From NCBI GenBank assembly GCA_949285835.1, contig CASEAR010000110.1, forward strand, positions 1 to 56,646: a stretch of 56,646 nucleotides of DNA, written 5' to 3'. The notes beneath the pieces are model-generated. The model saw only the letters and a program-made list of their open reading frames with translations, searched no databases and had not been told where the DNA came from. The DNA is from an uncultured Verrucomicrobiota bacterium. Lineage in GTDB: Bacteria > Verrucomicrobiota > Kiritimatiellia > RFP12 > UBA3636. Below, in pieces: positions 28,637 through 39,189 of the stretch (position 1 is its first letter; each line of letters opens with the position of its first letter). The translations under genes and the position numbers were made by a program.

Positions 28637-29317
28637 TCACTCCTGCTTCATGCGGTACCCGACACCTCTGACCGTTTCGATACACGGGCCCAGATCTCCG
28701 AGTTTTTTCCTTAAATTGACCATCTGAACGTCCACAGAACGTTCCGTCACCGGATAATCATCACCCTTTATCGAGTTGATTATCTGGCTACGCGTGTAAA
28801 CGCGCCCCGGATGCGATGCAAGAAGCGTGAGGGTAGCGAATTCTCCCGCCGTGAGATCAAGAGGAACTCCAGATGCAAGAGCGGAATGGGTTTCTGTATT
28901 TATTACCAGCCCCGGAATGCGTATCTCCACGGACGTCTCCGCAGTCGGAGCCCGCAGCTGCGCGCGTACTCTTGCCACCAGAATCCTGCGGCTGAACGGC
29001 TTGGTCACATAGTCGGACGCGCCGATTTCAAGTCCGGAAACAACGTCCGCCTCCTCCCCGAGCGCACTGAGCATAACCACCGGTATGCCGGCTGTGCGCT
29101 CGTCCGCTTTCAGAGCCCGGCAAACACTCAGCCCATCCATCCCCGGGAGCATTATGTCCAGAAGAATCAAATCCGGCTGAACGGTTCTGGCCATCTCCAG
29201 CCCGCGTTCTCCGTCGTCTGCCTCATAGCAGACTTTAAAGCCTCCGCTCTCGAGAGCAAGCCTGATAAGCTCTCTTATGTCCCTCTCGTCTTCTATAATC
29301 AGAATCCTATGGCTCAT
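28637..29317 (-). CDS. phoB: OmpR/PhoB family response regulator
   Basis: IIEDE, LLDIMLPG, DYVTKPF, ETVRGVGY; lies between phoU and phoR. Confidence 0.88.
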   Translation of the reverse strand: MSHRILIIEDERDIRELIRLALESGGFKVCYEADDGERGLEMARTVQPDLILLDIMLPGMDGLSVCRALKADERTAGIPVVMLSALGEEADVVSGLEIGASDYVTKPFSRRILVARVRAQLRAPTAETSVEIRIPGLVINTETHSALASGVPLDLTAGEFATLTLLASHPGRVYTRSQIINSIKGDDYPVTERSVDVQMVNLRKKLGDLGPCIETVRGVGYRMKQE

Positions 29318-29987
29318 TTGGGCGTTCTCCGAGCTCCCCGTGACGCACTATCTTCCCTTTTTCAAGGTAGATAATGTCCTCGGCAATGTTGGTTGCAAAG
29401 TCGCCCGCGCGCTCTATGCTGCGGGAAATGGTCAAGCAGTCGATATAATATCCGCATGAAGACGAATCCGACAAGAGAATCCGGTTGACCGCGGCATAGT
29501 TCGCCTTATGGAGTTCGTCCACTTTGTCGTCTTCGCGCAGCACCTCATACGCCGCATCCACATCGTGGTAAGTGAAGGCGTCCAGCGTTTTTTTCAGCAT
29601 TCCGCACGCCACATCCGCCATTTTTGTAAAATCTATGGGTTTCGATATTCTTCCCCTGTAGCGCGTCAGATCAGGGACTCTGGAGGCAATGTTTACCGCC
29701 AGATCTCCGATGCGTTCAATCTCATTGTTTATTTTGAGCACGGCTATAAGATTGCGCAAGTCCCCTGCCACGGGCTGGTGCAGAGCCAGTATTTTCAGGC
29801 ATTCTTCCTCTATGGCGACCTCGTAAATGTCGATCTGTTCATCATTGCGTATTATCTCAGCGGCAACCGCGCAGTCGTATTCCGCAACAGATTTTACCGC
29901 ACGGTTGAGCGCCATCTCCGCATCCGCGGCAATCTGATTTAGCATTCTCCTCAGATTTGTCATTGCCGCAACAAAGTGTTCTTTCAT
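29307..29987 (-). CDS. phoU: Phosphate signalling protein PhoU
   Basis: QPVAGDLR, IERIGDLA.NIA, IERAGDFATNIAE. Confidence 0.95.
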   Translation of the reverse strand: MKEHFVAAMTNLRRMLNQIAADAEMALNRAVKSVAEYDCAVAAEIIRNDEQIDIYEVAIEEECLKILALHQPVAGDLRNLIAVLKINNEIERIGDLAVNIASRVPDLTRYRGRISKPIDFTKMADVACGMLKKTLDAFTYHDVDAAYEVLREDDKVDELHKANYAAVNRILLSDSSSCGYYIDCLTISRSIERAGDFATNIAEDIIYLEKGKIVRHGELGERPNEP

Positions 29988-30017
29988 GTTAACCCCTCCC
30001 GATTATGACGCTGCATT

Positions 30018-30773
30018 TTATCCGAACCTGCCGGTAATGTAATCTTCTGTCTTTTTACATTTCGGATTCGTGAATATTGTTTTTGTATCGTTGTATTCCA
30101 CGATTTCACCCTTGTGAAAAAATGCCGTATAATCGCTTATTCGGGCGGCCTGCTGCATATTGTGGGTCACAATCATCACAGTGAACCGCTTCCTCAGCTC
30201 CACCATGAGTTCTTCAATCTTAAGCGTCGCCACCGGATCTATCGCGCTCGTTGGCTCGTCCATCAGTATCACTTCCGGTTCGGCAGCTATTGCCCTTGCG
30301 ATGCACAGTCTCTGCTGCTGTCCGCCGGAAAGTGCGAGACCGCTTGAGCTCAGCTTGTCTTTTACCTCATCCCATATCGAAGCAGATTTAAGCGCGTCTT
30401 CCACACGATCGGCGATCTCCGAGCGTGAAAGTTTGAAATGCAGGCGCAGCGGATACGCCACATTGTCAAAAACTGACATAGGAAAAGGCGTCGGTTTCTG
30501 GAAGATCATGCCGATCCGACGGCGGAGTTCCAGGATATCCGTGTCAGGCCCAAGAATATCGACCCCGTCCAGAAGGAGTTTGCCGGTGACGCGCTGATTC
30601 CTGTACAGCTCGAAAATCCTGTTGTATATCCGCAGATGCGTCGATTTTCCGCATCCGGAAGGACCTATCACCGCGGTTATCTTGTTCTTCTCAACCGAAA
30701 GGAAGTTGTTGAAGAGAGCCTGATGATCTCCGTAGTAGAAACATATGTCTCTGGCCTCTATTTTAGCCTGCAT
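30018..30773 (-). CDS. pstB: Phosphate ABC transporter ATPase
   Basis: [43 protein letters not shown]. Confidence 0.97.
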   Translation of the reverse strand: MQAKIEARDICFYYGDHQALFNNFLSVEKNKITAVIGPSGCGKSTHLRIYNRIFELYRNQRVTGKLLLDGVDILGPDTDILELRRRIGMIFQKPTPFPMSVFDNVAYPLRLHFKLSRSEIADRVEDALKSASIWDEVKDKLSSSGLALSGGQQQRLCIARAIAAEPEVILMDEPTSAIDPVATLKIEELMVELRKRFTVMIVTHNMQQAARISDYTAFFHKGEIVEYNDTKTIFTNPKCKKTEDYITGRFG

Positions 30774-31620
30774 TATTTTTCTCCCTGAAAACTATACGAG
30801 TGACAATGTTCACGGCAAGGACTGCCGCGGTAATGACCAGAGAAGCCCCCCAGCCGGCAGTGTGCATCTCGGCAAACGGGGAATTTGTGGTATACTCCGT
30901 AATCAGAACCGGCATATTAGCGGTCGGTCTGGTGAAAAAATCCGACGGCCAGGCATCGGCAAACATCGCTGTGAACAGTAAAGGAGCAGTCTCTCCGCTT
31001 ACACGGGCCACAGCCAGAAGGATACCCGTGAGAAGCCCGTTGCGTGCGCTGCGGCAGACAATACAGAGGATCGAACGCATCTTCGTCATCCCGAGAGCCA
31101 GAGACGATTCGCGGAGAGAATTCGGCACCATCCCAAGCATATCCTCCGTTGTTCTCATGATCAGCGGAAACATTATCACCGCCAGAGACACGGACGCCGC
31201 GAATCCAGAAAAATGTCCGGAAGGCACTACTATAATGACGTAAACAAAAAGTCCGACAAGAACCGAAGGCACACCCATCATAACATTCGCAGCAAATCTG
31301 AGAACCGCCACCGCACGTCCCGCGTCTGGATATTCCGACAGAAAAATGCCTGCCAGAACGGCAGGAGGTATCGCGAGCACAGCGGCAAACACAGTTATCA
31401 TCACCGAACCGAGGATCGCGTTGGCAATGCCGCCTCCTTCCACGCCATATGGTCTGGACGAATTCAAGAAGAAGTCCAGCGACACCGCGTCCATGCCGCG
31501 TATTACCACGGTGTAGAGCACCAGAATCATGCCGGTCACGGCAATAAAAACCGATGCCGCAGAAAATAAAGTATGAAACCTGTCATTAAGTTTCCGCCAA
31601 AAAAGCGTCTTCTTCTTCAT
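30763..31620 (-). CDS. pstA: Phosphate ABC transporter permease
   Basis: [30 protein letters not shown]. Confidence 0.93.
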   Translation of the reverse strand: MKKKTLFWRKLNDRFHTLFSAASVFIAVTGMILVLYTVVIRGMDAVSLDFFLNSSRPYGVEGGGIANAILGSVMITVFAAVLAIPPAVLAGIFLSEYPDAGRAVAVLRFAANVMMGVPSVLVGLFVYVIIVVPSGHFSGFAASVSLAVIMFPLIMRTTEDMLGMVPNSLRESSLALGMTKMRSILCIVCRSARNGLLTGILLAVARVSGETAPLLFTAMFADAWPSDFFTRPTANMPVLITEYTTNSPFAEMHTAGWGASLVITAAVLAVNIVTRIVFREKNNAG

Positions 31621-32564
31621 CTGCTCTCCCCGCGCTTAGCGCCTGTGGCGTGCAAATAGTACTGAGCCAGCACCTGTATGCCGAAACTCATGGCAAGCAG
31701 GATAAATCCAAGCGCAAACAATGCGCTTCTCTGCATTCCTGTGGCCTCGGAAAAATTATTGGCGATTGCGCTGGCTATTGTCGTCGCTCCGGAATACGAT
31801 GTTTCCGGCATCTCCATTACATTGCCTATGACGAAAAGCACCGCCATCGTCTCTCCGAGGGCACGCCCGAGACCGATAAAAACCCCGCCAAGAATACCAC
31901 GTATGCCGTAACGCAGCACAACATCTCTGGCTGTTTCCCACCTTGTGCACCCTATGCCGTACGCGGACTCCCTTAGCATCGGCGGCGTCATCCTGAAAAC
32001 ATCGCGCATGACGGCACATATGTACGGCATTATCATGAGCGCAAGGATCACGCCTGCCGTGAAAATACCGAACCCGTTGTAGTCCGGACCGAAAATCAGC
32101 CTTAATCCCGGCACCTGACTGAGCCCCAGCGTTTCTGAAAAAAACGGCTGTACATAATCCTGCATTACCGGCGTAACAAGAAACAGCCCCCACATTCCAT
32201 AAATTACGCTTGGAATCGCTGCAAGCAGATCCACTGCATGGCTCAATACCGCCCCAGGCAGGGGCGCAGCGTCTGAAAGGTACATCGCAGCCGCAAACGA
32301 CAACGGCAGCGCTATCACCAGCGCTATTGCCGTTGTCGAAAGCGTACCGACTATCCCCGGAAGAGCACCGTATACATCTCTGGAAGGATCCCATTCGGAG
32401 GAAATTATGAAATTTATTCCGAATTTCTCCCATGCCCCATATGACTCAACGTACAGCTGCACGAAAAATGCCAGCATCAGCAATCCCGTAAAACCTGCGC
32501 AGCATACGCACAACATACGAAACACGCTGTCCGTTAGATTTTTCTTCGCCCAAACTGCATTCAT
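31617..32564 (-). CDS. pstC: Phosphate ABC transporter permease
   Basis: LLAAIPSVIYGMWGL, GLGRALGETMAV. Confidence 0.95.
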   Translation of the reverse strand: MNAVWAKKNLTDSVFRMLCVCCAGFTGLLMLAFFVQLYVESYGAWEKFGINFIISSEWDPSRDVYGALPGIVGTLSTTAIALVIALPLSFAAAMYLSDAAPLPGAVLSHAVDLLAAIPSVIYGMWGLFLVTPVMQDYVQPFFSETLGLSQVPGLRLIFGPDYNGFGIFTAGVILALMIMPYICAVMRDVFRMTPPMLRESAYGIGCTRWETARDVVLRYGIRGILGGVFIGLGRALGETMAVLFVIGNVMEMPETSYSGATTIASAIANNFSEATGMQRSALFALGFILLAMSFGIQVLAQYYLHATGAKRGESR

Positions 32565-32602
32565 CGCTCACTCCGAAGACAGTCTATATAAGCCTTGATT
32601 TA

Positions 32603-33607
32603 TCACTTAAATACTTTTTCAGTTACCATATCCACCACATTCTTCGGCAACGGCACATAGTGAAGTTCACGTGCAAACGAAGCCCCGGCCCCGAAACACC
32701 AAGTCACATAATTCTTCAGAGACTCTTTCAGCGCCGCGTCCGCGTCTTTGCGGAACAAAATGTAGGTGACGCCGGTTATCGGCCAAGACTTTTCGCCGGG
32801 CATGTTCGTAAGCATCATGCGGAAGCCGTCCGCCTTCTCCCACTCCGCACATGCGGCGCTCGAAGAGAACGTCTCCATGGAAGCCTGGACATACCTGCCG
32901 TCGGCATTTTCCAGCACCGCCATAGCAAGCTTGGCCTCCACTGCGTATGTGTATTCAGTATAACCAATGCTTCCGCGTATTTTCGCGACGTTGTTGCAGA
33001 CGCCCGGATTTTTCTGTCCGCCCATTCCGACAGGCCACTTGACGGATGCACCGCTTCCCACATTGGCCGCCCATTCCTCGGAAATCTTTGAAAGATAGTC
33101 GGTAAATATGGACGTCGTACCGCTGGAATCAGCCCTTCTGACAACGGTTATCTTGGTACGCGGAAGCTTGAGTTCCGGATTAAGCCCTGCAATCGCCGGA
33201 TCATTCCACCGGGTAATTTTGCCGAGAAAGATATCGGACAGAACCTTCTTTGAAAGCTTCAGCTGGTTGTTGCCAACTCCGGGAATGTTGTATATGATCA
33301 CCACTCCGCCCGTGAGCATGGGGAACTGCTGCAGCCCCTGTGCTTCCTGATCCGCAAGGGTAAGCGGATTGTCGGATCCCGCAAAATCAACCGTGCCTTC
33401 TTTAAGCTGATTGACTCCGGCCCCGGAGCCTATGCTTTGATAGTTGACTGAATTGTCCGGATTAGCCTGCGTATAGGTGTACGTCCATTTCTGGTACACT
33501 GGAGCCGGGAAACTCGCCCCTGCCCCGTTCAGCGCTTTACCTTCCGCGGCAGCGAGTGTGCATCCGGCCGCAGCAGAAATTACAACTGCAAAAAATTTTC
33601 TATTCAT
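32603..33607 (-). CDS. pstS: Phosphate-binding protein
   Basis: GAGASFPAPVY, YQSIGSGAG, VDFAGSD, RADSSGTT; signal peptide MNRKFF. Confidence 0.95.
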   Translation of the reverse strand: MNRKFFAVVISAAAGCTLAAAEGKALNGAGASFPAPVYQKWTYTYTQANPDNSVNYQSIGSGAGVNQLKEGTVDFAGSDNPLTLADQEAQGLQQFPMLTGGVVIIYNIPGVGNNQLKLSKKVLSDIFLGKITRWNDPAIAGLNPELKLPRTKITVVRRADSSGTTSIFTDYLSKISEEWAANVGSGASVKWPVGMGGQKNPGVCNNVAKIRGSIGYTEYTYAVEAKLAMAVLENADGRYVQASMETFSSSAACAEWEKADGFRMMLTNMPGEKSWPITGVTYILFRKDADAALKESLKNYVTWCFGAGASFARELHYVPLPKNVVDMVTEKVFK

Positions 33608-33686
33608 GTTTTTTCCTTTTTCTGTTTGAGCCCCGGAATTGTATCCGTACGCATTACAGGCATATTCGTGAATTATTAGAATTCCG

Positions 33687-34412
33687 TTAGAACTTCGCTG
33701 TACACTCAATTCCGAGAACGTTAAACGAATCCCAGTCTCCATCCGATTTGTCCGCCTGGACAAGCGCATACAGCCCGCCTGAAAGATTTTCCGTAAAATT
33801 CGCTGAGACGCCGATCTGACTGCGGTGACGGTTGAACATATCGGATCCGGACAGCCCGTCCGCATCTTCTATAAACAGTTCCCACGAAGCATATGGATTG
33901 ATCTCCAGTGCCGTGAATTTCCACGGAGAGCGCACGCGGATCCGGTCGCGATAGCGCATATACGTGTCGCTTCCGTCGTCCTTGTCCCGCACTTCGAAGC
34001 GCAGCCTGTTGTCAAACTTCCAGCCTCCCAGATCGTGCTTTAGCGTCAGATCCACCGTGGGACGAACTTCCTCTCTCCAGTAGTGTGAATGTACCGGCTT
34101 GTACTCTACAGCGCCGCCGTCCCCTTCTGAGGCTTTATACGTCGCCGTATTCTTTCTTTCCTGAACAATTTTGCATCCCACACCGACTGACATCCAGTCC
34201 GTACACGAAAATTCAAGCATCATCAGCGTCTCTTCGTCATAGAACTCGGAAGCGTCGTCCTGGAACTTCAGTTCCTCTTCCGCCTTAATCTTTACACTGT
34301 CGCTCAGAGCGCCTTCCGCTCCCAGCTTCAGCCAGAGTTGGAAATCATCGGAAGCAAACGCCCCCGCGCAAAAAACCGCAACTGCGGCGCCTGTCAGGAT
34401 TTTTGTTTTCAT
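33687..34412 (-). CDS. Outer-membrane beta-barrel protein (DUF2490-like)
   Basis: Signal peptide, DDFQLW, NRLRFEVR, RYRDRIRV, PYASWELF, FNRHR, terminal Phe. Confidence 0.7.
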   Translation of the reverse strand: MKTKILTGAAVAVFCAGAFASDDFQLWLKLGAEGALSDSVKIKAEEELKFQDDASEFYDEETLMMLEFSCTDWMSVGVGCKIVQERKNTATYKASEGDGGAVEYKPVHSHYWREEVRPTVDLTLKHDLGGWKFDNRLRFEVRDKDDGSDTYMRYRDRIRVRSPWKFTALEINPYASWELFIEDADGLSGSDMFNRHRSQIGVSANFTENLSGGLYALVQADKSDGDWDSFNVLGIECTAKF

Positions 34413-34503
34413 TACTTGTTCCTAAAGTTTCGCGGTCCGCGCGTGAGTTTTCCCGCTTTTACGGCCGCTTCGCCGCATATATAATCATGTGACCGTAAAA
34501 ACA

Positions 34504-34533
34504 ATATTGCCGGAACATTAGATTATGGTTAAA
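34504..34533 (-). promoter_or_regulatory. Candidate Pho box
   Basis: Minus strand TTTAACCATAA-TCTAATGTTCC-GGCAATAT, degenerate 11-bp-period units about 100 bp upstream of the operon. Confidence 0.35.
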
Positions 34534-35199
34534 CCGGCACGGGCAAACCTGCGAATGCATCCCGGAGAAATGCATCCTGCAGTCATACTGTACCCCAATC
34601 AGCGCAAATGATGCGCCTTCCGGGTTTCTCTCACGAAAGACAAGGCGGATACGCCGTTGATTGAATCCGGTTTCATCCGGCGCGTAACTCTGCAAAGCAC
34701 TCCGGCAAACAACCGGTTTTCCATTCGCATACCGCTGCACTGCCGGCAATACTGCACTGCATTCGAACACGAATGATTCAATTAAGGATAATAGCCGCTG
34801 CGTGCAAAACAACCAGCGTACGATGTGGACTTTTACGCCGCTACAGAAAAAAGCGGCACATCGCACCGCAAGGCAACATTATTTTGACGGAGCAACTACA
34901 TCCGTACAACTGATCTTCACACGCGCGTTTATCCGCCGGGCGGAGGCGGATAAACGCGGAGTTTTTTCCGTGCAGTCATGTGGTGATGGTGGAAATAATG
35001 CCCAGGTCCGACGTTGTGCTTGCGCAGGCAATCACAAATGTTTTGATTTGCCGGCTGCCGAATGTAACGGCCGGCAGGCTCAAAACAAATGCATCGTTCA
35101 CCGTATCGAAGCCCGAGTTCCATACGGGCGCACACCGTTCACGGCGTACTCTCGTTACGTGCATCAGATTAACACAGCGTAGGCGTGCGATGACAAAAC

Positions 35200-35230
35200 A
35201 GCGGGCGCCGCAAAACGCGGCGCCCGCTTT
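35200..35230 (-). terminator. Terminator-like hairpin downstream of tkt
   Basis: AGCGGGCGCCGC-AAAAC-GCGGCGCCCGCT perfect 12-bp stem with A/T runs on both sides. Confidence 0.65.
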
Positions 35231-35262
35231 CAGAACCAACTCAAATCTGTGCATGGTCCGCG

Positions 35263-37257
35263 TCAGACCGCCGTACTCCGCCTTATCACAGCGGCTACAT
35301 TGTCCACGGTAAAGCCGTATTTTCTCTCGAGTTCCGAATACGGCGCAGAAGCTCCGTAGGTGTCAAGAGTGATCATTTTGGCGCCGGCGCCTGCATAACG
35401 TTCCCATCCGAAAGACGAACCCGCCTCCACAACCACACGGCGGCGGCATCGCGGATCAAGCACCGAAAAACGGTATTCCTCGGGCTGTTTCTCAAACAGC
35501 TCCCATGACGGCATATTAACGACGCGCACGTTGAGATCGCCCACCGACTGTGCCGCCTTGAGCGCGGTCACCGTCTCGGAACCGGAGGCAATCACGATCA
35601 CATCCGGCACTCCGCCCACACGCTGCCACAGCACATACGCGCCCTTTTCAAGCATCGATGCCGGAGGGTACGCATTCCTGTCTATAAGAGGCAGCGTCTG
35701 ACGCGTCACCAGTATGGCCGTGGGACCGGAAGTATTGCGAAGCGCGGCAAGCCATGCTGCCGGAGTTTCCGTGGGATCCGCGGGACGGATAACAGTCACA
35801 TTTGGCATGGCGCGCAACGCGGCCAGCTGCTCCACCGGCTCGTGCGTAGGACCGTCTTCGCCGACATAGAAAGAATCATGAGAAAACACATATATCGCCG
35901 GAATGCCTGAGAGCGCAGCCACGCGGATCGCCGGTCGCATGTAGTCCGAAAACACAAAAAATGTGGCAGAAAACACGCGCAGTCCGCCATATATTATCAT
36001 CCCGTTCTGCACAGCGCACATGCCAAGTTCGCGTATGCCGAAATGGAAATTGCGTCCGGAAAAATCATCGGACGAAACCGTTCCGCCGTCCTCAATCCAG
36101 CTCTTGTTGCTCGGAGCAAGATCCGCCGAACCGCCTACGAGACACGGCATGCGCAAGGCCGCCGCCTGAATGCACGCACCGGACGCCGCGCGGGTCGCGC
36201 AGGGTTTGTCAAATACAGGGGATTCGCTGAAAAGTCCTTCCGGCACGCCGCCGCCGAAGAAGGCTTCCCACTTCGCCGCCATCTCGGGATTCCCGGAGAC
36301 CTGCTCCTTGAACATACGCTTCCACTTGCTGCACAGCCTCGCCATCGAGGAATTGCGCGCGGCAAACATCTTGCGCACGGCGTCAGGCACATAAAAATCA
36401 GCGTCCTCCGGCAAACCAAGGGCCCGCTTCGTCAACCGTTTCTCTTCCTCCCCGAGCGGCTCGCCATGCGCCTTAGCGGATCCGGCCTTGTTCGGGCTTC
36501 CCCAGCCTATCACGGTCCTGCATATAATCAGCGTAGGGGCGTCGGACTTAAGCGCGCGCCTGATCGCGGAGTCGATCTGTCCGTAGTCATGCCCGTCCAC
36601 AGAAAGGGTTTTCCAGCCGTATGCCTTGAACCGCTCCGCCGTGTTGTCGGAACTCGCCAGTCCCGCCGCGCCTTCTATGGTTATGTCGTTTGAATCATAG
36701 AATACGGTAAGTTTGCTCAATTTCAAATGCCCGGCGAGCGACGCCGCCTCGTGACTGATTCCCTCCATCATGTCGCCATCGCCGCAGAAGACATATGTCT
36801 GGTTGTCAAAAAGCGGCGCATCGGGCTTGTTGAACCTCGCCGCAAGCATCCTCTCTGCTGCGGCCATCCCTACAGCATTGGCCAGCCCCTGCCCTAGAGG
36901 CCCGGTCGTCGCCTCTACGCCGTCCGTAACTCCGAGCTCCGGATGCCCCGGTGTGCAAGAGCCAAGCTGTCTGAAATTGCGCAAGTCATCAAGCGATACT
37001 TTATAGCCGGCCAGATGAAGCAGACTGTAAAGCATCGCCGACCCATGTCCGCCGGAAAGAACAAACCTGTCGCGCGACGGCCACTTCGAGAATCTGGGAC
37101 AAGTCTTTAAATAACGCAGCCAAAGCACAGCCGCCACATCAGCCATGCCGAGAGGCAGTCCGGGATGGCCGGAATTGGCCTTCTGAATCGCATCTATCGA
37201 CAGGCCGCGTATCACATTCGCCGCAAGCCTGTACTCCTCTTGTGTAAAATTTCTCAT
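35263..37257 (-). CDS. tkt: Transketolase
   Basis: ANSGHPGLPLG, RDRFVLSGGHGS, TTGPLGQG, GDGDMMEGISHE, GEDGPTHEP. Confidence 0.97.
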   Translation of the reverse strand: MRNFTQEEYRLAANVIRGLSIDAIQKANSGHPGLPLGMADVAAVLWLRYLKTCPRFSKWPSRDRFVLSGGHGSAMLYSLLHLAGYKVSLDDLRNFRQLGSCTPGHPELGVTDGVEATTGPLGQGLANAVGMAAAERMLAARFNKPDAPLFDNQTYVFCGDGDMMEGISHEAASLAGHLKLSKLTVFYDSNDITIEGAAGLASSDNTAERFKAYGWKTLSVDGHDYGQIDSAIRRALKSDAPTLIICRTVIGWGSPNKAGSAKAHGEPLGEEEKRLTKRALGLPEDADFYVPDAVRKMFAARNSSMARLCSKWKRMFKEQVSGNPEMAAKWEAFFGGGVPEGLFSESPVFDKPCATRAASGACIQAAALRMPCLVGGSADLAPSNKSWIEDGGTVSSDDFSGRNFHFGIRELGMCAVQNGMIIYGGLRVFSATFFVFSDYMRPAIRVAALSGIPAIYVFSHDSFYVGEDGPTHEPVEQLAALRAMPNVTVIRPADPTETPAAWLAALRNTSGPTAILVTRQTLPLIDRNAYPPASMLEKGAYVLWQRVGGVPDVIVIASGSETVTALKAAQSVGDLNVRVVNMPSWELFEKQPEEYRFSVLDPRCRRRVVVEAGSSFGWERYAGAGAKMITLDTYGASAPYSELERKYGFTVDNVAAVIRRSTAV

Positions 37258-37313
37258 CAGGACACTTCCCCACACGCCGCAACCGGACATGCCGTAGAAA
37301 CACCGGTTATTGT

Positions 37314-38666
37314 TCAGTCAAACTTCGGCATCATACTGCCGTGCGCCTCAAACATGGCATCGCACATTGCCGTAATATCGTCTATGCTCATTTCCGCGGA
37401 AGTATGCGGATCCAGCATCGCCGCCTGATACACGAGATCGCGTTTGCGCGAAAGCGCGGCCTCTACTGTGAGCAGTTGTACGTTTATATTCGTCATATTC
37501 AGCGCTGCGCACTGCGTGGGCAGCCTTCCGACGTAGGTTCCCTGCACTCCGTTGGAATCGACAAGGCACGGCACTTCCACGACAGCATCCGCCGGAAGGT
37601 TTGTTATCAGCCCGTTGTTCAGCAAGTTTCCGCCTATGCTGTAAGGGATGTCCGTAACCATAGCCTCCATGATTCCGGAGCCGTACTCATGAGATCTGGT
37701 ATGCGTCAGCGACGGATTCTCGCAAAGCTCCTTCTGCTGTTCCGTCCATTTCCGCACCTGCTCCACACAGCGGCGCGGATACTCGTCAAGCGGTATGTTA
37801 TACTCTTCTATAAGCTCAGGATAATTCCTCTTTATCCAGTATGGCATGTACTCCGCGCTGTGCTCGCTCGACTCTGTCACGTAAAATCCGAACCTGAGCA
37901 TTATCTCTAGACGAATCATGTTGCCGCTCTTGTCCTTCCGGTCCTTAGCCATGCGCCACTGAGCAAGCTTTTCTTTTGCCGCCGCCTTTATTTCCGGATA
38001 GAGATCCCGCCCGTCAAGCGTAATATCCAACAGCCACCCCATATGGTTTATCCCCGCGGTCTTCCAGCGAAGCCCTGCGCGCTCTCCCTCGCCTGTATAG
38101 AGCCCAAGAGTATCAAGCAGACTGGATGCGCAAACCTGAACCGAATGGCAGAGTCCAACAGTCTTTATCGAAGTGCCGCGGAGCATTGCCCCTGTGATCA
38201 TGCACATCGGATTCGTGTAGTTGAGCAACCACGCATCGGGACAAACCTTTTCCATATCGGACGCAAAATCCTGCATCACCGGAATGGTGCGCAGAGCCCT
38301 GAATATTCCCCCGATGCCGAGCGTGTCTGCTATCGTCTGCCGCAGTCCGAATTTCTTCGGCACTTCAAAGTCTATCACCGTCGACGGTTCATACCCGCCC
38401 ACTTGTATGGCGTTAACGACGAAATCCGCACCTTTGAGCGCCTTCCGTCTGTTTTCTGCTCCCAGAAAAGTCTTTATGCGGGCTCTTCCGGCGTTTATGT
38501 TCTTGTTCAGCACATTAAGCATCAGCTCAGACTGCGCGAGCCTAACCCCGTCTATATCATAAAGAGCGATCTCTGAATCTTTGAGGGCTTCCCGGCACAT
38601 GCAATCGCCAAGTACGTTTTTAGCAAACACCGTGCTTCCGGCGCCCATAAAAGTTATTTTGGCCAT
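37314..38666 (-). CDS. melA: Alpha-galactosidase/glucosidase, GH4 (MelA-like)
   Basis: KITFMGAGSTVF, QTIADTLGIGGIFRALRT, LLNYTNPM, VGLCHSVQ, GINHMGW, TESSEH. Confidence 0.9.
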   Translation of the reverse strand: MAKITFMGAGSTVFAKNVLGDCMCREALKDSEIALYDIDGVRLAQSELMLNVLNKNINAGRARIKTFLGAENRRKALKGADFVVNAIQVGGYEPSTVIDFEVPKKFGLRQTIADTLGIGGIFRALRTIPVMQDFASDMEKVCPDAWLLNYTNPMCMITGAMLRGTSIKTVGLCHSVQVCASSLLDTLGLYTGEGERAGLRWKTAGINHMGWLLDITLDGRDLYPEIKAAAKEKLAQWRMAKDRKDKSGNMIRLEIMLRFGFYVTESSEHSAEYMPYWIKRNYPELIEEYNIPLDEYPRRCVEQVRKWTEQQKELCENPSLTHTRSHEYGSGIMEAMVTDIPYSIGGNLLNNGLITNLPADAVVEVPCLVDSNGVQGTYVGRLPTQCAALNMTNINVQLLTVEAALSRKRDLVYQAAMLDPHTSAEMSIDDITAMCDAMFEAHGSMMPKFD

Positions 38667-38958
38667 AATAAACCGACCTCCACAATGGAAAATATTGCGA
38701 ACACCGCCAGAATCCCGCATCCAGAACGGCTTCGCACATCAACGAACAACAGTGATTCTACACCATATGAGCGCTTAATCAAAGCAAATTGCAGACTATA
38801 CGCGTTAAAATTCACTGCCCCGCAGTCCGCACCTCCGTAAATTACAGTTTTCTCCTAACTGTACTCCAATACACTCCCTCAGTTGTACACGCTCAAAAAG
38901 TACTAAAAATATGCTTGCACACCTGACGGACATTGTGATAGATTACTGTCCATTCAAA

Positions 38959-39033
38959 GCGAGCTTAGCTCAGTGGTAGAGCTCTACCTTGCCAAGGTAG
39001 ATGTCGAGGGTTCGAATCCCTTAGCTCGCTCCA
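38959..39033 (+). tRNA. tRNA-Gly (GCC)
   Basis: GCGAGCT/AGCTCGC acceptor, CTACC-TTGCCAA-GGTAG anticodon arm, GTTCGAATC, CCA. Confidence 0.95.
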
Positions 39034-39040
39034 TTTTTTT

Positions 39041-39116
39041 GGGAGTATAGCTCAGTTGGTAGAGCAAGTGACTCTTAATCACTGGGTCGTGGGTTCGAAT
39101 CCCTCTACTCCTACCA
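39041..39116 (+). tRNA. tRNA-Lys (CTT)
   Basis: GGGAGTA/TACTCCT acceptor, AGTGA-CTCTTAA-TCACT anticodon arm, GTTCGAATC, CCA. Confidence 0.95.
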
Positions 39117-39121
39117 CCATT

Positions 39122-39157
39122 AAACCGGATGCCACAAACGCATCCGGTTTTCTTTTT
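39122..39157 (+). terminator. Intrinsic terminator, possibly bidirectional
   Basis: AAACCGGATGC-N7-GCATCCGGTTT followed by TCTTTTT. Confidence 0.75.
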
Positions 39158-39189
39158 CAGTATGCCCTTACTGACGTGCAGCCGGGCGT

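Noticed and set aside
34560-34650. Possible decayed histidine-kinase C-terminal fragment (PNQRK*CAFRVSL)
   Set aside because: The resemblance is too short to distinguish from chance.
38857-38895. TGTACTCC/TACACTCC/TGTACACG motifs upstream of melA as an operator
   Set aside because: Short, irregularly spaced and not clearly symmetric.
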